DNA of 14,956 bases from an uncultured Dehalococcoidia bacterium (GTDB taxonomy: Bacteria > Chloroflexota > Dehalococcoidia > Lucifugimonadales > UBA3495): assembly GCA_950072105.1 (NCBI GenBank), contig CATMOE010000072.1, forward strand, positions 1 to 14,956. Direction: 5' to 3'. This document shows positions 14,751-14,956 of this stretch, piece by piece; the stretch's first letter is position 1; each line of letters opens with the position of its first letter. The position numbers and the translations under genes were made by a program. Below the pieces are notes generated by a model that searched no databases, was not told where the DNA came from, and saw nothing but the letters and a program-made list of their open reading frames with translations.

Positions 14751-14956
14751 ATGGCTGCCCAATTCAAAAGTGTGACTGCTTTACTAGCTGCTCTACTGGT
14801 AGTTACGACTGCGGGTTGTACCAGTGAGCCTACACCCGACATCGAAGCCACAGTGGAGGCTAGGGTTAAGTGGGAACTGGCGGCTCAGAAATCCAAAGAC
14901 GTAAAGTTCGATCCCGACTCCCGGCCCGAAACCGACGTCCGCATCGGCTGGTATAT
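14751..14956 (+). CDS. Hypothetical lipoprotein (5' part; runs off the window)
   Basis: Open frame MAAQFKSVTALLAALLVVTTAGCTSEPTPDIEATVEARVKWELAAQKSK... has a signal peptide, lipobox TAGC and a PTPDIEATVEA stalk. It is absent from the ORF track because there is no stop in the window. Confidence 0.75.
   Translation, partial: MAAQFKSVTALLAALLVVTTAGCTSEPTPDIEATVEARVKWELAAQKSKDVKFDPDSRPETDVRIGWY

Noticed and set aside
14606..14851. 81-aa minus-strand ORF
   Set aside because: Overlaps the better-supported + strand lipoprotein and its -10 box; no motifs.

Overview
GC-rich bacterial metabolism/transport region with no rRNA, tRNA, CRISPR array or transposase. The gene mix and a lipoprotein starting 'PTPDIEATVEARV' suggest Chloroflexota (Dehalococcoidia/SAR202-like); this is an inference. 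Gene order: decayed DUF58 gene (-), M20 metallohydrolase (-), MFS transporter (-), aldo/keto reductase (+), DUF1989 protein (+), ThDP-dependent enzyme (-), a 759-aa PEP-carboxykinase-fold protein (+), DUF4870 membrane protein (+), a Dpp/Opp-type ABC cluster lacking ATPases (Cys-rich binding lipoprotein plus two permeases, +), and a partial, probably leaderless lipoprotein (+). Two signals stand out. (1) The PEPCK-like protein keeps the ordered scaffold motifs but substitutes two of the three Mn2+ ligands (K213->M, H232->Q, E. coli numbering) and K288, remodels the P-loop (GPSLHGKST) and has a ~100-aa C-terminal extension, so it may be a new enzyme on the PEPCK fold. (2) A ~112-nt nested multi-stem intergenic element at 10274-10385 is a candidate ncRNA. 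REP-like palindromes of two families are also present.
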